DNA from: Octopus bimaculoides
Lineage: Eukaryota
Length of the DNA stretch: 53,421 bases
NCBI RefSeq assembly: GCF_001194135.2
Contig: NC_068981.1
Span: forward strand, 33,435,731-33,489,151
Reading direction: 5' to 3'
In this document: one piece after another, positions 24,783-36,139 of the stretch
How positions within the stretch are numbered: position 1 is the stretch's first letter
Layout: every line of letters begins with the position of its first letter
Notes under the pieces: model-generated
What the model was told of the DNA's origin: nothing
Seen by the model: the letters and a program-made list of their open reading frames with translations, nothing else
Database searches by the model: none
Translations under genes and position numbers: made by a program

Positions 24783-25262
24783 TTGGCGTTCAGATTGAAA
24801 GAATGGAACCTACTGGATGCAGAGGTGATCATTTCGAAGAACCGAACACGGTGACATGCAACTTTTAGCCATCTCTTTTCATTGCTTGAGACATTGTGAT
24901 TAGTTTTAGTCACCGGTGTGATTAATAGCACCTGTTCATTGACAGTTCGACGAGAAGCCTAAAGGCAATGTACCTTCACAATAGTAACCAGTATCCATCT
25001 ATCCATATTACTTACTCCGTACACTTGAAAGAAGATTGCAAAATTATGTAAGTCTTACTCAAAAACATCAAATATGGCGACTACGAGTGGAGTTAGCATG
25101 TGTTTTCAAGATGTTGGAATTCTTGCTCGAACTGCAGGATGGATATACTAAGCAACCTTATTTTTTGTTTGTTGGGTAGCAGAAATGGAGCTAAACATTA
25201 TGTGAAGCGAAAATGGAAAATAAAAAGAAAAAATATCAATTCTACAGCCTTGTTTCGAGAAA
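24783..25262 (+). pseudogene. Chapaev3-like DNA transposase remnant
   Basis: LAFRLKEWNLL; HLFIDSSTRSLKAMYLHNSNQYPSIHITYSVHLKE...LLKNIKY; MLEFLLELQDGYTKQPYFL; KHYVKRKW. Multiple stops and frameshifts. Family name assigned from recalled motifs. Confidence 0.75.
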
Positions 25263-25309
25263 ATAGTAGAGACCATTGTCATCACCATCGCCGCCGGTTG
25301 GTTCGGTGC

Positions 25310-25585
25310 CGGCTGGATATAGAAAATGAGCTCTACGGTGACCTCCGCCAGTTGACCAACAGCATAAAAAATGGTTCTAGTTTGCTGGGAACTGAGACAC
25401 ATAGAGTTGCTCGTCAACCAAGTCATCATTTGGGAACCGACCCATGAGAAAATTACCCATGGATCGTTTTCCAAATCCATTGTCAAACCCTAGTAGTAGA
25501 CAACGGTACAGCAATGGCTGAGGAGTTTAGGACACTGATGATAGAACGAAATGCATGACATGCATCCTTGTGCCACACGCAATTG
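25310..25585 (+). mobile_element. RTE-like LINE C-terminal fragment
   Basis: ENELYGDL...VIIWEPTHEK...EEFRTLMIER motif set. Confidence 0.7.
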
Positions 25586-25784
25586 CAAATAGACGACGAC
25601 GCTGATGATGCGGAGGAGAATCACTCATTTCTCGTATTAGCGTGTGTCTTTTTAACTTTATTTTCTGTCAAGGGAAAACTCAACATTTTTAAATGTCAGT
25701 TATCTCATGCATATTTAAGAACAGAATGTACATAAATCCATGTTCATGAAACGAAAGCTTTATTTTATAATATTCTAATATCTT

Positions 25785-26020
25785 AAGGCGGCGAGATGGC
25801 AGAAACGTTCGCACGCCGGGCGAAATGCCTAGCGGTATTTTGTCTGCCGTTACGTTCTGAGTTCAAATTCCGCCGAGGTCGACTTTGCCTTTCATCCTTT
25901 CGGGGTCGATAAATTAAGTACCAGTTACGCACTGGAGTCAATGTAATCGACTTAATCCCTCTGTCTGTCCTTGTTTGTCCCCTCTATGTTTAGCCCCTTG
26001 TGAGCAATAAAGAAATAAGA
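25785..26020 (+). mobile_element. SINE family C, full length, CpG-retaining
   Basis: AAGGCGGCGAG...GAGTTCAAATTCCGCCGAGGTCGAC...AAAGAAATAAGA. Confidence 0.92.
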
Positions 26021-26044
26021 AGCGTTGGCATGCCGGGTGAAATG

Positions 26045-27880
26045 TGTAGTGACACCGTGCGCATGCGTAGTCTCACGCATGCGTGGAATTAAACAAGCAA
26101 GCTTTCCCGCTTAATTCTATCTCTTCCTCGANNNNNNNNNNNNNNNNNNNNNNNNNNNNNNNNNNNNNNNNNNNNNNNNNNNNNNNNNNNNNNNNNNNNN
26201 NNNNNNNNNNNNNNNNNNNNNNNNNNNNNNNNNNNNNNNNNNNNNNNNNNNNNNNNNNNNNNNNNNNNNNNNNNNNNNNNNNNNNNNNNNNNNNNNNNNN
26301 NNNNNNNNNNNNNNNNNNNNNNNNNNNNNNNNNNNNNNNNNNNNNNNNNNNNNNNNNNNNNNNNNNNNNNNNNNNNNNNNNNNNNNNATTACTACGCCAC
26401 CAACATCTCCAACCATAGTCAACACGACTTACTACGTATTACCAACATCAACAAGCGCGGTTTTTTTCTCGCCTCTGTTAGAGTGGATTTTTCCACTCAC
26501 GATAAACAGACAAGAATTACAGCCTGCGACTTTCCAATTATGTACTCAAAGAACTTGGTATAAAACTCTCACGTGTACTGACTTTCTAACTGCTGTGATA
26601 TCTCACATACATATAGACGGTCTGTTTTTTATTATGTTCTTATATGTCGCATTCACACTCTCACATACACATACATCTTTTATGCCACACAATAACTCTT
26701 GTTATTCATTTCATACGGTTGTCTTTTCTATCGTCTCATTACTGGTATTTACGAAAACTATGTTATCGTAGTATAACATTACTTGTATATCATCTTTGAT
26801 ATATATTTTGGTGTGTGACACGTTTAAATAAAAGGAGTCCTCTGTTTTTCCATTCGTCACCATTTCTCCTTTTTGAGTTCGCACGGTCGTTCTTTCATCT
26901 TGGGTTAAGAAAATATTTCTTCGAGGTTTTCGCTAATGGTTGTACAGAGATTTGTCTGTCGATTGTCTGTAAATGCGCACCTCTTCAAACACTCATCACC
27001 AAACAGCCTTTTCGCCACCAGCTTCGTTCAACCAAGATTACCACCGTGACGACAACAATTACTACTACTTACCAACTACAAGCATTCCCCACGACGTCGC
27101 CAAGTTTCAACAGGACATTCTATCTCCTTGTGGGACTCTTGTACGAACTGGATTTTTTCTCTACAGACACTTTCACTTGTTCTGTGTTTTCACTCACTCA
27201 CACACTTGTGCACTCATATATTTACTTTCCTTTCAGGGAAAACAAACGATCAGACTTTTACATCGCGTGATTCCAGTTTCCTGGACAGTTGTCATCACGG
27301 TTGTTTTGTCATTGTCATTTCATTTGTACATTGCATGCATGTATCACACGAGTGTACATTTCATTTCTTTCATTTTTCTTTGTGTGTGTTTTGTGCTACA
27401 TCTTGTGGGTGGTTTTCAGTGGCCATCCTGCCTCAGGCGTTCTAACAGATTTCATATTGTCGTGCGTTTTCGCACTGGCAAGGGAGCCCTGTAGTGACGC
27501 CGTGCGCATGCGTGGAATTAAACAAGCAAGCTTTCCCGCTTAATTCTATCTCTTTCTCGGTCGGCCGGCCATGAGCATGGACGTGTCAAGCAGTGTCTCC
27601 AACATTCCAACCTGGAGACAGTCTCTTTACGTGTTTAGCTGTCTCTCTTCATCTTTCGAACTTACGCTCGACAGCTCGCTTACATCTACATAACAACGTC
27701 CCAACAACTATGCTCACACACACAGAAGCTGTAACAACAAGAGCTAAAGATGTATATATTTACCACCTGAATAAATGTTGTTTAAGTTGATAGTCTGGAG
27801 TTCAGCGTTCCGTTATATTTCTTAATTTTATATAGGAAAGTCAGGTATACATCTAATGATGTATAACCAACTTTCCTATA
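26045..27880 (+). mobile_element. Non-autonomous LTR element (Gypsy-like ends), inserted into a family C SINE
   Basis: TGTAG...CTATA ends; AATG 4-bp TSD (26041-26044, 27881-27884); LTR start repeated at 26045 and 27490; purine-rich GGCAAGGGAG before the 3' LTR; the flanks rejoin as the SINE sequence GAAATG^CTTAGC. Confidence 0.82.
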
Positions 27881-28057
27881 AATGCTTAGCAGAATTTCGT
27901 CTGTTTTTACGTTCTGAGTTCAAATTCCGCCAACGTCGACTTTGCTTTCATCCTTTCGGGGTCGGTAAATTAAGTACCAGTTGCGTACTGAGGTCGATCT
28001 AATTGACTGTTCCCCTCCCCAAAAATTTCGGGCCTTGTGCCTAGAGAAGAAAAGAAC
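27881..28057 (+). mobile_element. 3' portion of the interrupted family C SINE (5' portion 26021-26044)
   Basis: Continues the SINE consensus exactly from the insertion point. Confidence 0.88.
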
Positions 28058-28804
28058 ATTCTAATATCTTCTTTGTGCGTGTGAGTGCGCGCGTGCTTGT
28101 GTTCACTTCCTTTTCACAAGGTACATTATGGTGAAACGGAAACGGGATATAAATTTCATATCTTTCAACGGTGAGCCACTTTTCATTCTTTGGAGATTAA
28201 AGCAGTTTTCTCACTCTAGATTCTTTTAAATAATTACCAGGTTGTGGAGCATCAAGCAAGTATCCGGATGTGATGAAACAACACTCGCTAGGTCATTGAC
28301 TACAGCGCTTCATTTTCACTTTCAAAGTCGTCGACCGCCAAGTCTGCTATCTGCCGCAGTATCTATAGTCTACGTTATAATTATGCGCGGATTTAAATTA
28401 TCACTCCACCCGAAAAATTGATACTCCTGCCAATTCCACCTGAAGAATCATCTCCCAGCCTACTGTGAATATAACTTGTATAATTAGAACAATAATCCTC
28501 AATGCTGTGCATCTTTATTGTGAAAGTTTAAAGGCAAAAACAGCAATATCCAACGTGTTCCAAATTAAACTGAAGCTCCAATGATTATATAGATAATACA
28601 ACAAAATACACATTGCTAAATACTTAGTTTAAAGGAAATAATATAAAGCGGGTTTCAAAGCTAATAGAAGCTGCAATTACCCAATGCTCCCAAAATACAG
28701 TACAGGATACATATTGCAAAGAGTTCTAACCAGCAATTTGTAGGTATAAAATTTCCAGATTATTATCAGAAAACGCATGACATTAGGAAGTTAAATTTTT
28801 TTTG

Positions 28805-29125
28805 TTTGCCACCACGCATGATCTTGCTGTAACTCTTGCGTTTTTACAAATACGATCCGATCGTTTGAGTGTGCACAGCTGTATTCACATCTACAAAATT
28901 GATTAAGTGGTTCTGTGCGTATATCCAAGATCCTGAATATTGTGGTATACTTCTCAATCATCACTGCGAATGAATGATTCTTGTTAAATCACTTTGAGTA
29001 TTAATGAATGCAACCAATTGGAGGACTCCTCCTCGCATCGCTGTGACCGAAAACCCAGTATGGTTACGTCCAGGATCGCGTTTCGGTTTATGAGAGAAGC
29101 AAGATTCATAAAATTCTTGATTCTA
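28805..29125 (-). pseudogene. Merlin (IS1016/ISXO2-like) transposase remnant
   Basis: (D)ESCFSHKPKRDPGRNH-WVFG; IRSDD*EVYHNIQDLGYTHRT; NHLINFVDVNTAVHTQTIGS, corresponding to the DES / SDxW / TIES motifs. Confidence 0.8.
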
Positions 29126-29164
29126 GTCTTGTCAAGTTTGGTTGGATTTACCTCGAACAGCCTT

Positions 29165-29520
29165 CTCTTTACTCTCTTTTACTTGTTTCGAGCAAATCGA
29201 CCCCAGGACTTATTCTTTGTAAGACTAGTACCTCCTTTGCCGAACCGCTAAGTTACGGGGACGTAAACACACCACCATCGGTTGTCAAGCGATGTTAGGG
29301 GGCGGGGACAAACACATAAACATACACACACACACATATATATACATACATATATACGACGGGCTTCTTTCAGTTTCCGTCTACCAAATCCACTCACAAG
29401 GCTTTGGTCGGCCCGAGGCTATAGTAGAAGACACTTGCCCAAGGTGTTACGCAGTGGGTATGAACCCGGAACCATGTGGTTGGTAAGCAAGCTACTTATT
29501 ACACAGCCACTCCAGCGCCT
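29165..29520 (-). mobile_element. SINE family B, near full length
   Basis: Reverse complement of the 19444 copy; truncates the Merlin remnant. Confidence 0.92.
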
Positions 29521-30329
29521 TTAAATTTTTTTTAAAGCTGTAAGCAATCAATCATCGTTTTCTCAGAGGGATTCACCTGAAGGACTGATGCTTCTTCTCT
29601 CGCCCCAAATACACATAACATTAACCTACTTCTTAAGTAAAACATTAGAATGGACGGACAAAAAAGACCCTATTCTTATAGAATTGGTGAGTTTAATACT
29701 TCAGGTAGACTTTTGTTTATTTTTGCGCAGAAACAAACAAAAAGACTATCTGGAATGTTTTGCTTAATTCATGCAATTGTAACAAGTATCACACTCGCTG
29801 CACGTCTTAAAAGTTTTTGTAGTCACCGAATAACTTTACAGGCACCATCATACAACAGTGGGAGGAAGGTACTGCGTGACATGGTCGACTGATTATTATG
29901 AATAAAGATTCCTGAACCGACTTAGTTAAATGTATCATGTTCTGACACATATCTGACCCCACCTGAAAAATTATAACCCTAAGTGTTGCCACCTGAAGAA
30001 TCATTTCAGGACATCTCATCTGTAGAATCGTTATACACGCATAGGTGCTCGCGCAAGAGACCATCAGATATTTATGGAGCCTCTTTAACTGTTCAAGCTC
30101 TGGACCGATGTACCATAGCTGAAAGCATCTCCTTTAGACCCTGCCTGTGACTAAACAATAACAACTACACTTATTTGAAGATCCTTGCAATGGTTTTGAA
30201 CTCATTTCCTTCTTCCAAAGTTAAAGAATGGTTTTATCACATTGGCATTGGCGGGGAAAATGTAACCCATTTAACTGAATCCGAGGAAATATTGGTTTCA
30301 AATTTTGGCATCAGTTCAGCAATTTCGGG

Positions 30330-30475
30330 GGAAAGAGTAAGTCGATTACATCGACTCCAGTGTTCAACTGGTACTTATTTTATCGACCCAGAAAGGATGA
30401 AAGGCTATGTCGATCTCAGCGGCATTTGAACTCAGAATGTAAAATCGGACGAAATGCCGCTAAACATTTTGCCCA
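30330..30475 (-). mobile_element. SINE family C fragment
   Basis: TGGTACTTATTTTATCGACCC...GGATGAAAGG...TTTGAACTCAGAA. Confidence 0.8.
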
Positions 30476-30989
30476 GAGTAGATAGATAGATAGATTTCTG
30501 CCGATTAAATAATAAATATATATGTGATAAAGTACATTTAGATTTGCTGTTTTACACGAAACTCGAGCCCCTCAGTAACTTTCAAAGTGTTTTCAGCTTC
30601 AAAAAATAATATATTTATCACAATTTCCTGTTAGAATTTCCCATGTTTTAGGAAGGTGAAGCTTAGGATTATTTTTCTGTAATATTCGTTTAATTTGCCA
30701 ATCCAATTCGGTTATTCAGCTGTGTCTCGCTCACAGTGACCCGTCGCCCGTTATTGATACTTATATTAAGCAAATATTAATACCAGCTTGTGGTTTTGTT
30801 ATGCTCTAGTAAATGCAGATGACTAGCTTCCGAAAATGACTTTAAAAAGGGAGTTACAATATAATGAGGTGGGAGGAAATTTATATTAATCGTTATATAC
30901 TAAATTATTCCTCCCTCGTCTCTTGCTCTCTCTTTCGCTCGGGATATTTATCTACCGCTAAACAATTTTTGAAAGCAACTTACTGTGGC

Positions 30990-31340
30990 AACAACGCTAC
31001 TTCAGCATTAACAAACACCGATAAATCGGCTAAGACATGGTATTTTCTTCGTTTATTTAGTAATTCGTTGACACTCATTTGCTTTTCAATTTCTAAAATT
31101 ATCGTATCACTAGACGAAAACACTGTGCGCACTTTGTGAGGTGGTAAACAGAACAAAAATCTGCTGCTGCCCGACTAATAACAAACAATGCAGTGAGCCA
31201 TCACATTTGGTGAGACTGTATTCACTTTGGATTATATCCAAAGATTTTTTAGCAAACCAGTAACTTTCAAATGTTGCCACCACTGCTGAATAACAATAAC
31301 TTATAGTAATTGTCATCTCTAATAGTTCGTCAATTTAGTA
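30990..31340 (-). mobile_element. Possible highly degenerate hAT/Charlie transposase remnant directly upstream of the FBXO31 ATG
   Basis: KVTGLLK; VNTVSPNVMAHCIV; NAEV fragments in shifting frames resemble the hAT HCIIH...TEVRW region. Confidence 0.4.
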
Positions 31341-31354
31341 AATGATTCCAAACT

Positions 31355-31502
31355 ATGTTGATTACAGATTTCCCGCATGAGGTACTTACGTATCTATTCA
31401 AGTTTCTTCCAGGCCCACAATTGGCTCCTTTGCGACTTGTCAACAAAAAAATGTTGTATGTTGTATCTCAAGACGCAGTATGGATGGACAAATGTAATCG
31501 AG
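31355..31502 (+). CDS. FBXO31: FBXO31-like F-box protein, coding exon 1 (F-box)
   Basis: MLITDFPHEVLTYLFKFLPGPQLAPLRLVNKKMLYVVSQDAVWMDKCNR; F-box pattern; in-frame TGA just upstream; G|gtaaat donor, phase 1. Confidence 0.9.
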
Positions 31503-32554
31503 GTAAATTCTTTTTTCTTTTTCTTTAAATTCCATTACACCAAAGTGTTAATATTTTCATATTTGTCAAAAATGTTTATTTCAGTATACCATACTTTTTT
31601 TTATGTAAACACTTGTTTATATACGAAGATGATATTTTCCCAGCATTTCTTTCATATATATAAAACATTCCCCAGACATGTTGCTTACAATGTGGAATTT
31701 AGTTAATTTTAGAACATTAAATAAGTTTTCCACTTTGCCATTAAGAAACAATAACCTTTCCGTTGTTATCGGTTGGCATTGTTTACTGTCAGGTCAACGC
31801 CTGACCGAGCAGAATTATATGATCAAATACCTGCTAGTCGTGAATCCTCCTGTCTTTTTTGTATATTTATGTCTGCATTGTTTTGTGTATCGCTCTTTTA
31901 AGAGGCTAGGGTGTGAGTTGAGGAATATTTGGATTTTATTTCTAGCAGATTGATCGTCCGTGGCAATATTTCAAGAATTTCATTATAAAATAAAGCGTAT
32001 CAAGTGAAACTTTAAATCATAAATTTCGATGTAAACGCAAAAAAAGTTGCGAAGTATCGTTTCTCGTTTTTTTAACGAATCAATTCGATTTAATGTGTAA
32101 AGTATTAGCAAGCTAGGAGAAATGTTCTGATAGGGAAACGATTTAATTAAATAAATAGAAAAAAGAAACTACGAGACTAAAAGGAATATTTGTTATTGTT
32201 GAAGTAAAACGAATTAAGATCAACCACTACACTGCTGCTGGTTAAGTAGTCTGGATAACACGAGTACTAATTATGACTATTAAAAGCTTTTGTATTGTAT
32301 ATTCTGTAACTACAGTATACTATAATTGCAATATATATTGTCATTACAGTGTATTTATAAACAACAATTACACACTTAATTACAGTCTCCTATATTTAGC
32401 AAAATATCAGTACGCACCCATGCTTCTCAATCAACAAGTAGAATTGGGGACCCAAGTCAGCAAAGAAGCCCCTGCGAGATCGCTAGAAATAACAGCTAAA
32501 TTTCTTCCAATCAAATCCTGCTTCTTAAAAAGAAAATAGGCAACTAATGTTATT

Positions 32555-32640
32555 TGGCGGATCTAAAGAATACGCACACCACCCGTTTTCGGCGTAACCT
32601 TAACCCTAAACACCGGGTGTGCGTATTCTTTACCTTCGCC
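32555..32640. mobile_element. Mini foldback element with 8-bp TSD and TAACCC core
   Basis: ATGTTATT at 32547-32554 and 32641-32648; 17-bp inverted arms 32564-32580 / 32616-32632. Confidence 0.7.
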
Positions 32641-33831
32641 ATGTTATTCTAGATACACCGTACTTGTAAAAAAAAAAGATGGGTTTATCAAGGATGGGAC
32701 TTCTTCGATCCTAGGGTCAGGTTAGCTTCCATCAGGACTGAGGTTAAACGTCATTCCTTCGTCAAGTGCTTCAAAGGACAACTTTGTTGACAGATATGAA
32801 GGAATGCCGGTTAAATGCTAAACGTTCTTGCTTCTTTTTGTTTTTTCTCGAAAACAAAACACTTATATCCAAGTAACGATGAGTTCCTTTCGAAAGGTGC
32901 AATACTAATATGGTCGGAAAGCAATTAGTTGATACTGTTTATCCAGTGGTAGTACTGATCTAGTAGAACTAGAGGACGAGGAAGATAGATACGTACCCTC
33001 TGGAGGATTGAATAGCTTGACTCGTAAACAATAAATAATTCACATTTAGTTAACACTTCCTTTTAAACAATACAGAATAGACCTACTCTCTTCCCTAAAT
33101 CATCTCTTAATATGAGAATAAATCTGTAGTACGTGATATAAGTTCAACATGAAACGGTCAGAAAATTTCATTGTCTTAAAAATCCATCAGAGCTGTCACG
33201 AAACGCATGAAACCGGTGCTAAATATCTCTGTTCGCCTTGTAAGAGGTTCCCATGTACATTGGTACAGATGGACGTAACACTATCTGCTATGTTAAATTG
33301 GGCGGATTCGGTTCCTTCGTTATCACATTTACCTACTTTTAATCAAACTTGAGGATCATCAGTTTTACTTTCCAAAATGCATTTTGAACACGTTTAAAGC
33401 TGTTGCACTAGAAATGGAACGTGCAAGAAATGCTAAATGGAAACGTAATATAGCATTTTTTTAAAATTATTTTATTATATTATTGGTAACAAACCTCTAC
33501 ACTTTCGCTCTTGCTAGAAATAACAGTCAGATTTCCTCTAATCACACTAAATCATCTTCAAAATGAAATGATCACGGTTGACATGCCTTTGATCATGAGA
33601 ATTTGTTCAATCAAGACTAATGTGCGGTTAAACAATAACAACTAGATTATATTTACCAAAGAAAAGGGACTTTGAATAATTCCAATCTCTTTTCGGATGG
33701 GGAATGGTTCGCACTAATAGAGCTGTAGCAACCCTCATGCAACAGGTGCCGCTTTTAATCATTCACAAGATTTGTTAGAAAAGGTTACTATTCTATCAGC
33801 CATTTTGACTATATAAGCCTGAACTTTCTTT

Positions 33832-34383
33832 GGTGGACATTGGAATTAGACACTGAGGGAAAATGGCTGTAACTTTTTAATTTTTTAATTTTGGCGATTT
33901 TCGTTTTCGATAATGTGTTCTATATGTCACGGTCATGCGATTCCCCATAAATTTTTTTTTATCCTAACCCTAACCCCGTTTGCCAAAGTGCATTTTTTCC
34001 TTCATATTTATTTACATATAGTCCATCTGGGCCAATGCAAGATTTGGATTGTCCCCGTTTAGCTGTTATTTCTAGCATATCAAGTTTCGTGGTGGGGACT
34101 CCACATATGACCCTTTTTCTGTTTCAATATAAATGTAAGCCTTTCATTTTCACATCTAAGTTGCGAGAAGGCTATTCGTACGACCTGAACATGTAGAACA
34201 CAATGTCAAAAATGAAAATCGCNNNNNNNNNNGTTGGGGGAGGGGAGGGGGTCCAACATTTTTTTTAGGGGGAATCGCATGACTGTGACATATAGAACAC
34301 ATTATCGAAAACAAAAATCGTCAAAATTAAAAAATAAAAAAGTTACAGCCATTTTCCCTCAGTGTCTAATTTCAATGTCCACC
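33832..34383. mobile_element. MITE with about 115-bp TIRs (GGTGGACATT...) and 8-bp TSD
   Basis: Arms 33832-33946 / 34269-34383; CTTTCTTT at 33824-33831 and 34384-34391; CCTAACCCTAACCCC at 33963. Confidence 0.85.
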
Positions 34384-35019
34384 CTTTCTTTTTGTGTTGC
34401 CTCGATAGGACGGTAACAAGAAGACCATGGTGAAAGTTGCGTCATGGAGCAACTTGGTTCTTTTTTCAGCCGGTCATGTGTTCAGTTAAACAAAACTATT
34501 TATTGCCTCTCTGGCATTTTGATTTTTTACAGAGCACCAAACACTCAGCTGAGGGTTTTGTGTTCAATATCCCAACATTAGGGCTATATTGTGTCCAAGG
34601 ACAAGACGTCTAGCTTGAAGTGAGTTGTTGGCTTTTATTAAACCCAACTCAGCCATGATCGAGCAGAGCTATGGTGAAAGATATTCCATCTGTGACCATC
34701 TCATCTTTTTTCATATTCACATCTAACGTGTTCTTCCTTTCAAACACTGAGATATTGGTTTGAGAGAATCTAACTGTTATTTCTAGCAATTTGAATGCTA
34801 TCGTGGAGGTTTCCTCTTTGTGGGTGCTTCAGAGTAGTAAGCCGCGGCAGGAATCCAAAACTAAAGCTACCAGTGTCATATCCAAAGGAGATTTAACTTA
34901 CATTCACTTAATACAGAAAGTTGAATATGAGGTTGCTTTCTTTACCTCCGAGTTGTTCGGAAAGGATAAGCTTGATTTAGTGTTGGATATTTTGCCTTAT
35001 GAGCAGAGGACATTGTTAC

Positions 35020-35650
35020 CCTTCAGCTCAATACTCGTCAGCCGCTCAAGGCTGTGGTACATCGACACTTACAGTCTACATCTTTAGTCTGGAACCCGCT
35101 TCCTGATCACAATATTGATCTACTGGAAGCTGTTTAGAGACGTGCAACCTGACAAATACCATCTGTTTGTCACTTATCGTGAACGTATTGCTTCTCTGAG
35201 CATCGACATGCTAAAGTTTAGACGTCTAGCAGCTGACTTGGTAGAAGCTCACATGATTATCTACCGTCTTTTCAACAAAAACTTTGACCACATTTTTCTT
35301 ACGTTCTGAGTTCAAATTCCGCCGAGGTCGACTTTGCCTTTCATCCTTTCGGGGTCGATTAAATAAGTACCACGTACGCACTGAATCGATGTAATCGACT
35401 TAATCTCTTTGTCTGTCCTTGTTTGTCCCCTCTGTATTTAGCCCCCTGTGGGAAATAAAGAAATAAATATCTCTAGCACTCATAGACACGCTTATAAATT
35501 CGAAAACAGCGCAGCACCCATGACTTTCTCACGGAATCAATTTCTCACTCTCAGAATTGTCGAAGTGTAGAATAAACTATTGCTGTCAGGACACTCGATA
35601 CTTCAAAAATTCCATGCTTCCCGAATTCTGCCAACGCTACTCCTTTTGTG
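35020..35650 (+). mobile_element. CR1-like LINE 3' fragment split by a family C SINE (about 35297-35468)
   Basis: VWNP..NIDLLEAVxRRAT...YRERIASL..LKFRRLAADL; resumes with YKxRKQ..HDF...TLRIVE after the SINE. Confidence 0.8.
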
Positions 35651-35714
35651 CCTATGCACCCTTTCCTCTTTATGACCCATTAACTGTTCACTTTTTTTGT
35701 ATTCGGTGTACTAT

Positions 35715-36015
35715 GCATCGACGGGATACATCGCCGAACTGATACCCATCCACTCCATGACGTTGTCACTGAGCGCCGCAGGCGATTCGCCTGCCATGTC
35801 CTCTGATTACCATCATCGCGGCATGCGAAAATCGCCATTCTGTGGAAACCACCGCATAGCAAGAGAAAACAAGGGCGACTAAAAGCGCCTTGGCGCCGCA
35901 ACTTCATCGATGACTCCAAAGACATTGACATTTCATGGGATGAAGCTGAAATCGTTACGTTGGAGAAGCCTTGCCGTCCAATGCACCACTCGGAGCAGGA
36001 GGACCTAAGACTATG
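35715..36015 (+). mobile_element. RTE LINE 3' end fragment
   Basis: VTERRRRFACHVL...AILWKPPHSKRKQGR...ISWDEAE...WRSLAVQC..RSRRT*. Confidence 0.8.
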
Positions 36016-36139
36016 GATGCACTTCTAGCTTTCATGGCTGTCTTTCTTTACTGACTTATATGTCTGCTTCCTGTTCCCTCATTTAACCTTTTCCGATTAA
36101 ATGTACTGCACTTGAGCACTGTATACAATAAGCTCATTA

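Noticed and set aside
24795-24850. Apparent host exon after a poly-T/ttcag acceptor
   Set aside because: Reads LKEWNLL in frame with the Chapaev3 remnant.
29807-30119. About 100-codon open minus frame, with CCACCTGAAGAATCAT shared with 28437
   Set aside because: No recognisable product; a single 16-mer match is not enough evidence.
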